Shown here piece after piece: positions 12,486 through 23,184 of a stretch of 64,000 nt of DNA (position 1 is the first letter of the stretch; every line of letters starts with the position of its first letter). This stretch comes from an uncultured Pseudomonadota bacterium (GTDB lineage: Bacteria > Myxococcota_A > Polyangia > Fen-1088). The notes beneath the pieces were generated by a model, which ran no database searches, was not told the DNA's origin, and saw only the letters and a list, made by a program, of their open reading frames with translations. Made by a program: the position numbers and the translations under genes. Location: NCBI GenBank assembly GCA_963847705.1, contig CAWKBC010000007.1, forward strand, positions 64,001 to 128,000, read 5' to 3'.

Positions 12486-13858
12486 TCGAAGCGCCTGCGG
12501 CGATGGCCGCGGCGCCGGCCGTCGGGCCGCTGCCGAGCGTGATCCCTCCGACCGCCGACCGCTTCACGCTGTCGAACGGCCTCGAGGTGGTGACCGTGCG
12601 GCGCGACGTGGCGCCGATCGTCTCGGCGGCGCTCATGATCCGCAGCGGCGCGGGGAACGATGTGCCCGAGCTGTCGGGCCTGGCTTCACTGACCGCGGAG
12701 ATGCTCGACGAGGGGGCCGGCACGCGCGACGCCCTCACGCTGGCCGACGAGCTCGAACGGCTGGGCGCCGATCTCTGGTTGGGCAGCGGCCGCGACGGCT
12801 CGCAGCTCTCGGTCCAGGCGCCGCACGACACCTTCTTTGCGGCGCTGGACATCGCGGGCGACGTTCTCGTGCGCCCGCGCCTGACCGACTCCGACTGGGA
12901 GCGCGTGCTGGCCGATCGCAAGACCGCCAACGCGCAGCGCCGCGACCAGCCGGAAGCGGTCGTCAGCGTCGTCTCGGATCGGCTGCTGTTCGGAGAGTCC
13001 CACCCCTACGGCCGCCCGGTGGAGGGGTTCACCCGCACGCTCGAGCGCCTGTCGCTCGACGACGTCCGCGCCTTTCATGAAATGCACTGGCGGCCAAACC
13101 ACGCCTTTCTGGTGGTGGCCGGGGCCTTCGACCAGGGGAGCCTGCGCGCGCGGCTCGAGGCGGCCCTGGGCGCCTGGACCGGCACGGCCCCGCCCGAGCC
13201 GGCGGCGCCGCCGGCCTGGCCCGCGCGCCCACGCCTCTGCATCGTCGATCGCCCGGGCGCGCCCCAGAGCATCGTGCGGCTGGTGGCGCCGGGGACCGAT
13301 CGCCTGTCCCCCGATCGTCCGGGACTGGCGATGCTGAACGCCATCCTGGGCGGCAGCTTCACCAGCCGGCTCAACTTCAACCTGCGCGAGAAGAACGGCT
13401 TCACCTACGGCGCCTCGTCGAGCTTCGCCTTCCTGCGCCGGCCCGGCAGCTTCGCCGCGCGGGCCGCCGTGTTCGCCGAGTCGACCGCGCCAGCGGTCCG
13501 CGAGATGCTGAGCGAGCTCACCGGCCTGCACGAGCGCCCGGTGACGAGCGAGGAGCACGCCAAGGCGCGGGCCACCCTGTTGATGCGCGTCGCCGAGGGG
13601 TTGTCGACCACCGGCGGCATCGCCGCCAGCTTCGGCGACATCGGCCTTTACGGGCTGCCGCTCGACGAGCCGCTCCGCTTTGTCGCCGCGCTCGAGCGAA
13701 CCACCGCCGACGACCTGCGGGCGCTGGCCGCGCGCTACATCGACCCGGACGCGGCCAGCATCGTCATCGTGGGCGATCGCGCCGCCATCGAGCCGGGGCT
13801 GCGCGAGCTCGGCTTGCCCGCGCCCGAGATCCGCGACGCCGACGGCGACCCCGTTTAG
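12482..13858 (+). CDS. M16 peptidase, non-catalytic partner subunit
   Basis: LSNGLEV; lacks HxxEH (SLTAEML); LGGSFTSRLNFNLREKNGFTYG carries the R/Y pair; GTGA overlap. Confidence 0.92.
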   Translation: MIEAPAAMAAAPAVGPLPSVIPPTADRFTLSNGLEVVTVRRDVAPIVSAALMIRSGAGNDVPELSGLASLTAEMLDEGAGTRDALTLADELERLGADLWLGSGRDGSQLSVQAPHDTFFAALDIAGDVLVRPRLTDSDWERVLADRKTANAQRRDQPEAVVSVVSDRLLFGESHPYGRPVEGFTRTLERLSLDDVRAFHEMHWRPNHAFLVVAGAFDQGSLRARLEAALGAWTGTAPPEPAAPPAWPARPRLCIVDRPGAPQSIVRLVAPGTDRLSPDRPGLAMLNAILGGSFTSRLNFNLREKNGFTYGASSSFAFLRRPGSFAARAAVFAESTAPAVREMLSELTGLHERPVTSEEHAKARATLLMRVAEGLSTTGGIAASFGDIGLYGLPLDEPLRFVAALERTTADDLRALAARYIDPDAASIVIVGDRAAIEPGLRELGLPAPEIRDADGDPV

Positions 13859-13860
13859 GC

Positions 13861-14230
13861 GCTCCGCTCGGTTTCACTCGGGGGCGGCGGGGGCCGGGGA
13901 GCTCCTCGGCCTACGCACCTAAAAGGTTGGAATCGTCGGGCGGAACAACAGAGCCGCCCGACTCAGCTTCGGCCGAGGAGCTCCCCGGCCCCCGCCGCGC
14001 CTGCGTTCCACCTCGGCTCCGCTTCGGTCCGCTCCGGATCAGACCACCGAGCGGAACGTAGCGCGGCTCTCCGGCAAGCGAGAGGGCCGGGCGTTCGGTC
14101 GGCCGAAGCTGAGGACGGCGGCTCTGTTGTTCCGCCTGCCGATTCCAACCCCTCGGGTGCGTAGGCCGACCGAATACCCGTCCCCCTCGCCCCCGCCGCA
14201 GGGTCTGAGCGGAGCGGAGCGCAGCGAAGC
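13861..14230. repeat. Inverted duplicate of a 71-nt structured element, each copy closed by a long stem
   Basis: 13906-13976 and the reverse complement of 14099-14169 are identical except in two helix regions, where some changes are compensatory. Confidence 0.85.
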
Positions 14231-14238
14231 CGCGGTCG

Positions 14239-14736
14239 TCAGCCGCTGGAGGCGACGGTGCGGAGGGTCTGGCGGAGCTTGGTGCGGGCGCGCATCAGGC
14301 GGGTGCCGACCGTGGAACGCGGGATGGTGAGCTTGTCCGCGATCTCGTCGTAGCTGCAGTTCTCGAGCAGGCGCAGCTCGTACACCTCGCGGAACGGCCG
14401 CTCCAGATCGGCCAGCGCGGCATGGATCTGCTCCTGGGTGATCGTCTCCCAGGCCTCCGGTACGTAGGGCTCCGGGCCGGCCACCTCGTGGTCGTCCAGC
14501 GAGAACGAGCGGGGCTCGCGCGCCAGGCGGCGGCAGCGATCCAGAAACAGGTTGTACATGATGGTCATCAACCAGTGCCGCAGGTTGGTGCCCGGGGTGA
14601 AGCTCGCCTTCCCCCGCAGCGCCCGTTCGTAGGTGTCCTGAACGAGATCCAGTGCGTCCGACCGGCTGCGCAGGAGACGCATTGCGCGGGCATAGAGCAC
14701 CGGTTCGTACCGCGAGGCCATTTCATCTGGATGCAT
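14239..14736 (-). CDS. ECF RNA polymerase sigma factor
   Basis: DALDLVQDTYERA...FTPGTNLRHWLMTIMYNLFLD...SYDEIA...STVGTRLMRAR. Start is 14736 or 14721, constrained by the sigma54 promoter. Confidence 0.92.
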   Translation of the reverse strand: MHPDEMASRYEPVLYARAMRLLRSRSDALDLVQDTYERALRGKASFTPGTNLRHWLMTIMYNLFLDRCRRLAREPRSFSLDDHEVAGPEPYVPEAWETITQEQIHAALADLERPFREVYELRLLENCSYDEIADKLTIPRSTVGTRLMRARTKLRQTLRTVASSG

Positions 14737-14749
14737 GGGCTCTCTAATG

Positions 14750-14765
14750 AGCAACGGCTGTGCCA
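14750..14765 (-). promoter_or_regulatory. Sigma54 (-24/-12) promoter of the ECF gene
   Basis: Minus strand TGGCACAGCCGTTGCT matches TGGCAC-N5-TTGC. Confidence 0.8.
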
Positions 14766-14815
14766 TGCGTAAGTGACTGGAATTGTGTGAGATGTATCTC
14801 GACGCCCCGCGCGAC

Positions 14816-14842
14816 TTGCGCAAGGTTGCACAACTTGCGCAA
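14816..14842. promoter_or_regulatory. Candidate enhancer (UAS): three TTGCRCAA boxes
   Basis: TTGCGCAA at 14816, TTGCACAA at 14826 and TTGCGCAA at 14835, about 80-100 bp upstream of the predicted sigma54 start site. Confidence 0.55.
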
Positions 14843-14892
14843 CTGCCACTTGCCCCCGAGGGGCGCCGGTCGACATACTGCCGGGGAAGGCG

Positions 14893-16272
<1,380 letters not shown>

Positions 16273-16278
16273 AACCAG

Positions 16279-17922
16279 TCAGAGCTTGATGCGCAGCGCG
16301 ACGCCCAGATCGACGACCGGGTAGTCAGTGAGTGCCGCGGGGTAAGCGAGCGAGGCGAGGAGGGCCTGGTACTGCGTGGCTTGGGCGGTGGTCAGGGTGC
16401 TGGCGAAATTCGGCGGTATCTGGAAGCGAAACTCGCCGCCCAGGTTGCCGTAATGGACGCCGGCGAATGCCTCGACGGAGAGGTGGGTGAGGACGGTGAC
16501 GGAGTAATCGAGCCGCGTGACGAACGACCTGTCGGAGAGGTTGCCCAGCGTCGAGAGCGTGAAGGTGGTGTAGTTCCAGGAGTAGGGCGCCGGAAGCGTC
16601 AGGTAGACGGCGCCGTACTGCCTGCCCAGATAGAAGAACGGGAAGGCGGAGGTGTCGCCATTCAGGAATGCGGCCTGGAGCAGCGCCGGGTAGGCCGAGG
16701 CGTTGTCGTAGCCCGGGTGGTTGTAGAAGTACTCCACGCCGACGGTCCACATGTCGTTGTCGTTGTACTTGCGCGAATAGCCGATCCCGCCCACCGCCTG
16801 CGTCTCGTACCCCGTGAAGGGGTAGAGCATCGGGGTCGGCGAGCCCGAGACAGGGAACGCGTGCTCGAAGTCGCTGCCCGGTCGAACGGCGACGTCGGCG
16901 TAGACGTCGAAGTCGTAGATGCCCGTCGAGAGATCGAAGCCGTAACGCGGACTCTGGCCGCGGCGGAGGTAGGTATCGACGCCCATCTCGACCCCGGCCA
17001 GCACGACCTCGGCGCGAAACGCCCCCGCCACCTGCCCCAGCGAGGCGGTCGGGGCGTTGGGATCTTCGGCGATGCCGAAGGCGTAGAAGTTCCACCCCTT
17101 CTCTTCCCAGGGGATGTTCAGCTTGATCATCGTCGTCCCCGGGCGGGCGTCGAACACGTCGAGCGGGTTGCGCTTCTGCTCGTGCAGATAGTCGGTCGGC
17201 TGCCAGAACCGCCCCGTCCCCCAGCGCACGTGCTGCTTGCCGGCGGTGACGAAGACGTGATCGAGGATGTCGAACCGGATCCACATCTGATCGAGCAGCG
17301 TGGCCGGTCCACGGGTGTTGCTGAAGGTCGAAAAACCGGTGGGGCTGGTGGCGCTGGCGAACGCCCCGTTCGACATCATCTGGCCGCTCTGCGGCAGCAC
17401 CCCGCCGCCATTCGGCGGCAGCGTCGGATCGTAGCTCATGCGGCCGAGGATGAAGGCCCGCACGCGCGGGTTCGGACGGGCGTCGAGGTAGAGGTCGAGC
17501 AAACTGGGCGCCGAGAGCGACCAGTCGGCGGGGGCCTGCCCACCGTAGGCGGTGGTCTGCATGCGCAAATAGAGCTGCCCGCCGATCTGCAGCGGGTTCT
17601 CGGGCGCCACGTAGTCGGAGAGAAACTTGGCGTCGGCGCTGCCGCCCAGGAGCTCCTGATCGCGCGCGGTTCCGCCGGCGGCCTCGGAGGCGGGCGCGGC
17701 CGCGGGTGGCGCGGAGACGGCGGGCGATGGCGGACCCGGCGCGCCGGTGACGGGGGACGGGGGCGCGGTCGTGGCTGGTGCGCTGGGGGACGGTGACGGG
17801 CTCGGCGTGGAGGCGCCGCCTCCGAAAAGGTCCTGCTCGCTCGGTCGATCCTCCGCCCGCGCGCCACCACCGAGACCGGTCGCGAGCAGCGCGACGCCGA
17901 ACGCAGCGACCGATCGTCTCAT
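16279..17922 (-). CDS. Secreted, probable outer-membrane beta-barrel protein of the Lol-like operon
   Basis: Signal peptide MRRSVAAF...ARA, Pro-rich linker, GKQHVRWGTGRFWQPTD motif, alternating beta-strand C-terminus; ATGA coupling. Confidence 0.8.
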   Translation of the reverse strand: MRRSVAAFGVALLATGLGGGARAEDRPSEQDLFGGGASTPSPSPSPSAPATTAPPSPVTGAPGPPSPAVSAPPAAAPASEAAGGTARDQELLGGSADAKFLSDYVAPENPLQIGGQLYLRMQTTAYGGQAPADWSLSAPSLLDLYLDARPNPRVRAFILGRMSYDPTLPPNGGGVLPQSGQMMSNGAFASATSPTGFSTFSNTRGPATLLDQMWIRFDILDHVFVTAGKQHVRWGTGRFWQPTDYLHEQKRNPLDVFDARPGTTMIKLNIPWEEKGWNFYAFGIAEDPNAPTASLGQVAGAFRAEVVLAGVEMGVDTYLRRGQSPRYGFDLSTGIYDFDVYADVAVRPGSDFEHAFPVSGSPTPMLYPFTGYETQAVGGIGYSRKYNDNDMWTVGVEYFYNHPGYDNASAYPALLQAAFLNGDTSAFPFFYLGRQYGAVYLTLPAPYSWNYTTFTLSTLGNLSDRSFVTRLDYSVTVLTHLSVEAFAGVHYGNLGGEFRFQIPPNFASTLTTAQATQYQALLASLAYPAALTDYPVVDLGVALRIKL

Positions 17923-18743
17923 CTGCTCTTGCTCTCGAGCCAGGCCTTGGTGAACAGGTTCTGCGGCAGGGCGTTGGGATCGACCGCCTTGATGAGCACC
18001 AGCGTCTGGTTGGCCTTCTCCACCTCGTCGTAGAAGCGGATCTCCTCCGGGTACCAGGTGTCGCCGTTCTTCGACGGGCTCCAGATCTTCTTCCACTTGG
18101 TGTAGTACGAGGTCCGCAGGAGCCGGCCCGACAGCGCGTACTCCTGCCGCTTGAGGATGTTCTTGCTCTCCTTGTCGATCCAGATGTGGACGATCGGGAA
18201 GGCCAGGTCCTGGCCCGGCTTGCCGGTCAGCTTCAGCTTGATCGCCGTGTAGATGCCCAGCTTCTCTTCCCCTTCGTCGGCGGGGTCGTACTCTTCGGAC
18301 AGCCGCGACTCGTCGAAGTCGGAGCGGCGCGAGTTGGTCCCGCCGATCCGCTCGCGCTCGGTGCGCCGCTCCCACTTGCCGACCGACGGGTCGTAGAACC
18401 AGAGGTTCTTGTCGATGCGCAGGTAGCCCTGCCCGGCCGACGACTTGGGCGCGGTGAAGAGGATCATGAACTTCTGATCCGACGAGCGGCGGAAGTACTC
18501 CGTCTGGTAGACGGTGTCGACCTTGTCTTTCTCTTTCTGTTCGAGGTAGGCCTCCGCGCGCCAGTCGCCGTTGTTCTTCTGGCGATCGTCGACCATCTTG
18601 AGCAGGTCGACCATCTGCGCGCTGGTGAGGGCCGCGAGGGCGCGTCCCGGCGCGACGAAGCTCGGCAGCAGGTTCAAGGTCGTCGCGGCCGCCAGCGCCG
18701 CCAGGGTCAATCTCTTGGTTTGGTGGGTCATGGTTGATTTCAT
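17919..18743 (-). CDS. Outer-membrane lipoprotein-sorting (LolA-like) periplasmic protein
   Basis: Signal peptide; FTAPKSSAGQGYLRIDKNLWFYDP...GTNSRRSDF motif; ATGA coupling to the permease gene. Confidence 0.85.
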   Translation of the reverse strand: MKSTMTHQTKRLTLAALAAATTLNLLPSFVAPGRALAALTSAQMVDLLKMVDDRQKNNGDWRAEAYLEQKEKDKVDTVYQTEYFRRSSDQKFMILFTAPKSSAGQGYLRIDKNLWFYDPSVGKWERRTERERIGGTNSRRSDFDESRLSEEYDPADEGEEKLGIYTAIKLKLTGKPGQDLAFPIVHIWIDKESKNILKRQEYALSGRLLRTSYYTKWKKIWSPSKNGDTWYPEEIRFYDEVEKANQTLVLIKAVDPNALPQNLFTKAWLESKSR

Positions 18744-20071
18744 CCGAAGTGGGACATGGCGTCGACGGGCTGCAACCGCGCCGCCTTCAGCGAAGGGTAG
18801 AGCGCAGCCACCGCGGTGACGAGCGTGATGGTCACGACCGACTGCACCAGCAGCGATCCGTGCACGGAGAGATGCAGGTGCGGTGACATCAGAAAGAACT
18901 GCAGACCGGTCGGCACCGGGACGTGCGCCGCGTTGAGCCCGGCGGCGATGGCGGCCCCGGCGAGCACACCGCAGATGGTGGCGCCGAAGCCCAGCATGAT
19001 CGACTCGAGCAGGAACATCCAGAGCACCTCGCGCCGGTGCATCCCGATCGCGCGCAGCGTCCCGATCTCGCGGGTGCGCTCCCGGATGGCGATCCACATG
19101 GTGTTCATGATGCCGATGATGATGATGGCGATCAGAATGACGATCAGCACCGCCGACAACCCCTGCAGCGCCTTCAGCGTCCAGGTCATGAACGAGATCT
19201 CGTCCTCCCAGCTGGTGATGTCCAGCTTCTGTCCGGTCCAGTCCTCGCGCGAGACCGACTGGAACTTCATCCAGAACGCGCGCGGGTCGGGCTCCATCAG
19301 CCGATAGCCGGCCTGATCGAGCGCCAGCCGCAAGTTCGCGGCGATGGTGGGGATGCGATCGATGTCCTTCTGGTTGAGCAGGATCTGGATGACCCCCGTC
19401 GAGTCCTGATTGAGCTGGTAGAGCGCCCGCAGGCTGTCGATGGGGATGAAGGCGTTCCAGGTGCTGAGCAGCCCCAGGCTGTGCGCGATCGCCACCACCC
19501 GCACGTCGATGGTGTTGTTGGTGCCGCGCGTGGTGGGGGCGGAGATCGTCAGGGCGTCGCCCACCTTGGCACCCAGCTTCTCGGACTGGTTGTCGAAGAG
19601 GAGCATCGTTCCCGGCTGCGCCAGATCGTTCAGATTGCCGCTCACCAACTGCAGCACCTGGGCCACCTTCGGTTCGCTCTTGATGTCGATCCCGGTGATG
19701 CCGAGCTGCATCGACCCGGTGTCGGAGACGACCTTGGCCCACCCGCGCCCCCGCTGGACGGCGAAGGCCATCTCGGGGACCGTCTTCTTGACGATCTCCA
19801 GGACCTTCTTGTAGTCGGTCACCACCGGCGCCGCCTGCCCGGCGGTCACCTTGTAGAAGCCGCCCACGTTGACGTGCCCGGTGGAGAGCGTGGTGGCGGT
19901 GTCGATCATCGTCTCGCGCACGCCGGTGGACAGGCCGTTGAGCAGGACCAGGAGCGCCGTCACCGCGGCGATGGCCAGGCCGAGGAACAGCGTGCGCCGC
20001 CGGTGCTGCACCAGGTTGCGGAAGGCGATCGTCAGATCGACGTAGAGCTTGGAACCGACGTGGCTGGGCAT
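18740..20071 (-). CDS. FtsX/LolE-like ABC permease
   Basis: AFRNL..HRRRT and NTMWIAIRERTREIGTLRAIG motifs; 4-TM MacB/FtsX topology. Confidence 0.9.
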   Translation of the reverse strand: MPSHVGSKLYVDLTIAFRNLVQHRRRTLFLGLAIAAVTALLVLLNGLSTGVRETMIDTATTLSTGHVNVGGFYKVTAGQAAPVVTDYKKVLEIVKKTVPEMAFAVQRGRGWAKVVSDTGSMQLGITGIDIKSEPKVAQVLQLVSGNLNDLAQPGTMLLFDNQSEKLGAKVGDALTISAPTTRGTNNTIDVRVVAIAHSLGLLSTWNAFIPIDSLRALYQLNQDSTGVIQILLNQKDIDRIPTIAANLRLALDQAGYRLMEPDPRAFWMKFQSVSREDWTGQKLDITSWEDEISFMTWTLKALQGLSAVLIVILIAIIIIGIMNTMWIAIRERTREIGTLRAIGMHRREVLWMFLLESIMLGFGATICGVLAGAAIAAGLNAAHVPVPTGLQFFLMSPHLHLSVHGSLLVQSVVTITLVTAVAALYPSLKAARLQPVDAMSHFG

Positions 20072-20081
20072 GGCTGTTCCC

Positions 20082-22250
20082 TCATTCCTCTTCCGCCATC
20101 GCCTGGCGGGGTGTGACCCGCATGGCGATCCAGGCCGGGTAGAAGCTGGAAAAGGCGCTCACCAGCAGCACGATCACGAAGGCCGCGATGACGTTGCTGG
20201 TGCCGATGAAGGGGTAGAGGCGCGGCCCCGAGAAGAAGAAGAACCAGATGTCGGACTTGGCGGGGATGCCGATCTTGCCGACGATGGTGACGATGAGCGC
20301 CCCCAGCAGGGCACCGAGGCCGCCGAAGATGACGCCGACCACGATCGATTCGACCACCAGCATGGCCAGGATGAAGCGCCGCTGGGCGCCGATGGCGCGC
20401 AGCGTGCCGATCTCCTTCACCCGCTCCAGCGTGGCCATCACCAGCGCGTTGTTGATGATGACGAGCGCGATGATGAAGATGATCAGGATCGCCACGTAGA
20501 GCACCATCCGGATGACGTTGACGAACTGGCCGATGAGCCCCGCGGCCTGCTGCCAGTCGATCGCCTTGAGCGTCAGCCCGTCCGCCTTCCCCTGCGCCTC
20601 GATCGCCGCGATGGTCTCCTTGATCTTCTTGGGATCCTTGACGATCACCGCGGCGTTGAGCACCACCCCCTGCTCCACCTCGCCCGGCGGGAAGACCCGG
20701 CTGCGCGCCTCTTCGCGCTGCAGCTTGCCGCCCAGCGACTCCCCGAGATCGTGCGTCACGGCTGAGACGCCCGGGGTGGTGGTCGCCTCGATGTGACGGG
20801 GCGCCTTGGCCGCAGGCGCGGCCTCGGGCGCGTCGGCCTTGCCGAACAGCTCGGCCTCGGCGTTCTCCCGGCTGATGTCGCGCGCGCCCGCCTCCTTCTG
20901 CAGCGCCTTGATCTCGGCCAGCTTCTCACCGCTCATGAAGCCGTAGAGCTCGCGGAACGAGACCATGTCCATCAGGTTGAGCGCGCCCGCCAGCGTCGAC
21001 TTCTCCAGCCCCTGGAACTGGAAGGTGCCGTAGACGGGGACGTTCACCGACTGCACGTAGCCCGAACGGGTGAAGGCCTTGATGGTGAGCACGTCGCCGA
21101 TGCGCACGCGATAGAGCTCCAGCGACGGCGCCAGCTCTTTGTAGAAGAAGTCATAGCGCTGGTGGAAGTTCTGGTCGTCGGTCTGGAAGAAGTCGACCAG
21201 CAGCTTGCCGACGTCCGTCTCGGTGCTGGCCAGCTCGCCCTGCAGCTTGGCCCGGAAGTCGAGCGTCTTCTGCGCGTCGAGCTGCAGCAGGATCTCGCGC
21301 ACCTGCGAGGTGTTCTCCCGGACCATCCGCTTGAGATCGGGATCGGTGGCGATGGTCTCCCCCTGCGAATCGACCCCCTCTTTGATCTTGTCGAGCCGTC
21401 GCGCCGCCTTCAGCTTGAGCTGATCTTCGTAGACCTGCTTGGCGAAGAGGAACCCGCGCTTGCCGGCCGGGACCATGGTCCCCTCGACGATCTTCATGCG
21501 GTCGAACGACTTCTGGAAGGCCTGGAAGTCGGTGCCGACGTAGTTGAGAAACAGCAGGTCGGCGTCCGCCGCCTGGCTGGCGATCCGGTTCTCCAGGAAC
21601 TCGAGGGCTTCGAAGGGATCCTTGTCGAAGTCCTGCCAGAACCTGTCGGACGCCGCCCGGGTGACCGCCTCGGCGTCCGCGGGATCGATCGCCTTTTCGT
21701 CCAGCACCGCCTTGGCGTTCTTGAGATCGCCTTGCAGCACCGAGACGATCTGGCGGACATGCCCCTTCTCGGCGGCCATCTGCGCCTGCGCCCGCGCCCG
21801 GTCGGCGTCGGTCTTGGCGTCGCGCGCGGCCTTCACCGCGTTGCGCAGCTTCTCCAGCGCGAGATCGATGGTGTTGCCCGAGGTGACCAGCGCGCCGCTG
21901 ATCCCCATGGGGACGACCGACTTGACGTTCGGCACCTTCAGCAGCGAGGCCCGCACCTTGGAGAAGTCGTCGAGCTGACTGATGTCCGGATCGCCCATCA
22001 TCATCCGCCCCATCACCTCCAGCGGATCCTTGGACTTGGCGTTGTAGACCTGGATGTGGCCGGCGACGCTGCCGATCACGCTGCGGCTCATCGAGGCCAC
22101 CAGGCTGTCGAGCAGCGAGTTTCCGGTGACCACCAGCAGGCCGCCGAAGAAGATGATCCCGCCGACGATGATGGTCTTGAGGCGGCTGGCGAACAGATTC
22201 CGAAAGGCCATCTGCGCGACGACCCCCAGCGTGGCGAACCAGCCCCTCAC
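20082..22250 (-). CDS. FtsX/LolE-like ABC permease with enlarged periplasmic domain
   Basis: MAFRNLF...NALVMATLERVKEIGTLRAIG; 722 aa with helical insertions. Confidence 0.9.
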   Translation of the reverse strand: MRGWFATLGVVAQMAFRNLFASRLKTIIVGGIIFFGGLLVVTGNSLLDSLVASMSRSVIGSVAGHIQVYNAKSKDPLEVMGRMMMGDPDISQLDDFSKVRASLLKVPNVKSVVPMGISGALVTSGNTIDLALEKLRNAVKAARDAKTDADRARAQAQMAAEKGHVRQIVSVLQGDLKNAKAVLDEKAIDPADAEAVTRAASDRFWQDFDKDPFEALEFLENRIASQAADADLLFLNYVGTDFQAFQKSFDRMKIVEGTMVPAGKRGFLFAKQVYEDQLKLKAARRLDKIKEGVDSQGETIATDPDLKRMVRENTSQVREILLQLDAQKTLDFRAKLQGELASTETDVGKLLVDFFQTDDQNFHQRYDFFYKELAPSLELYRVRIGDVLTIKAFTRSGYVQSVNVPVYGTFQFQGLEKSTLAGALNLMDMVSFRELYGFMSGEKLAEIKALQKEAGARDISRENAEAELFGKADAPEAAPAAKAPRHIEATTTPGVSAVTHDLGESLGGKLQREEARSRVFPPGEVEQGVVLNAAVIVKDPKKIKETIAAIEAQGKADGLTLKAIDWQQAAGLIGQFVNVIRMVLYVAILIIFIIALVIINNALVMATLERVKEIGTLRAIGAQRRFILAMLVVESIVVGVIFGGLGALLGALIVTIVGKIGIPAKSDIWFFFFSGPRLYPFIGTSNVIAAFVIVLLVSAFSSFYPAWIAMRVTPRQAMAEEE

Positions 22251-22972
22251 ACCTGTGCTCCGTGCGGCTGCGAGGCCGCCACGCCGGGGGTCACGCGATC
22301 GACGAACTTGCCGTCGGCCAGCCGCACGATGGCGTTGGCGTTGGCCATCACCTTCTGGTCGTGCGTCGAGAAGATGAAGGTCGTCTTCTCGGTGCGATTG
22401 AGCTCCTTCATGAGATCGAGGATGTTCTGCCCGGTCACCGAGTCGAGGTTGGCGGTGGGCTCGTCGGCCAGCACCAGCTGGGGCCGGGTCACCAGCGCCC
22501 GCGCGATCGCCACGCGCTGGCGTTGCCCGCCCGACAGCTCGCTCGGCCGGTGATTGGTGTACTCGCGGATTCCGACCTTCTCCAGCAAGGCGAGAACGCG
22601 CGCCTTGCGCTCCGGTCCGGAGAGCTGGCGCTGCAGCAGCAGCGGCAATTCGATGTTCTGGAACACCGTCAGCACCGAGACCAGGTTGAAGCTCTGAAAG
22701 ATGAAGCCGATGGTGTGCAGCCTCAGCTCGGTCAGCGCGCGCTCGGAGAGCTGGCGGGTGTCCTTGCCGGCCACCTCCACCACGCCCGAGGTGGGCGTGT
22801 CGACGCAGCCGATCAGATTGAGCAGCGTGGTCTTCCCGCTCCCCGACGGACCGGCGATGGAGATGAAGTCGCCGGCCACGACGTCCAGCGTGACGCCCCG
22901 AAGCGCCGGCACCACGACCTTGCCGAGCGTGTAGTTCTTGACCGCATCACGAACCGAAACGATGGCCTTCAT
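22247..22972 (-). CDS. LolD/MacB-like ABC ATP-binding protein
   Basis: GPSGSGKTT, IGFIFQSFNL, LSGGQRQRVAIARAL, ADEPTANLD, STHD. Confidence 0.95.
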   Translation of the reverse strand: MKAIVSVRDAVKNYTLGKVVVPALRGVTLDVVAGDFISIAGPSGSGKTTLLNLIGCVDTPTSGVVEVAGKDTRQLSERALTELRLHTIGFIFQSFNLVSVLTVFQNIELPLLLQRQLSGPERKARVLALLEKVGIREYTNHRPSELSGGQRQRVAIARALVTRPQLVLADEPTANLDSVTGQNILDLMKELNRTEKTTFIFSTHDQKVMANANAIVRLADGKFVDRVTPGVAASQPHGAQV

Positions 22973-23184
22973 GGGGTCCTTTCCGACTGTCCAAACTTGC
23001 CCGAGATTTCCGGCTTGCCGAGCTTGCGCCCTTCCGACTCGCCAACTTCCGGCTTGGACAGGGCTCCGTCGCTCACGCGGCAATAGTCCGGCGTTTCCCC
23101 CCTGTCAAGGCGCAAAGCTGTTTCAATGCGACGCCAATCGACTACATTTGCGACCGTTTTCATCCCGTCGTCAGGAGAGACCAC

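Noticed and set aside
13906-14169. Hammerhead ribozyme, c-di-GMP-II or SAM-I riboswitch
   Set aside because: No CUGANGA...GAAA core in both copies, no matching pseudoknot or ligand-binding nucleotides, and the element lies 3' of convergent genes. Only a kink-turn-like motif and AACC..GGUGC resemble those RNAs.
22975-23060. Short degenerate CTTCCGAC/TTCCGGCTTG repeats upstream of the ABC operon
   Set aside because: Too short and irregular to support an operator or array call.
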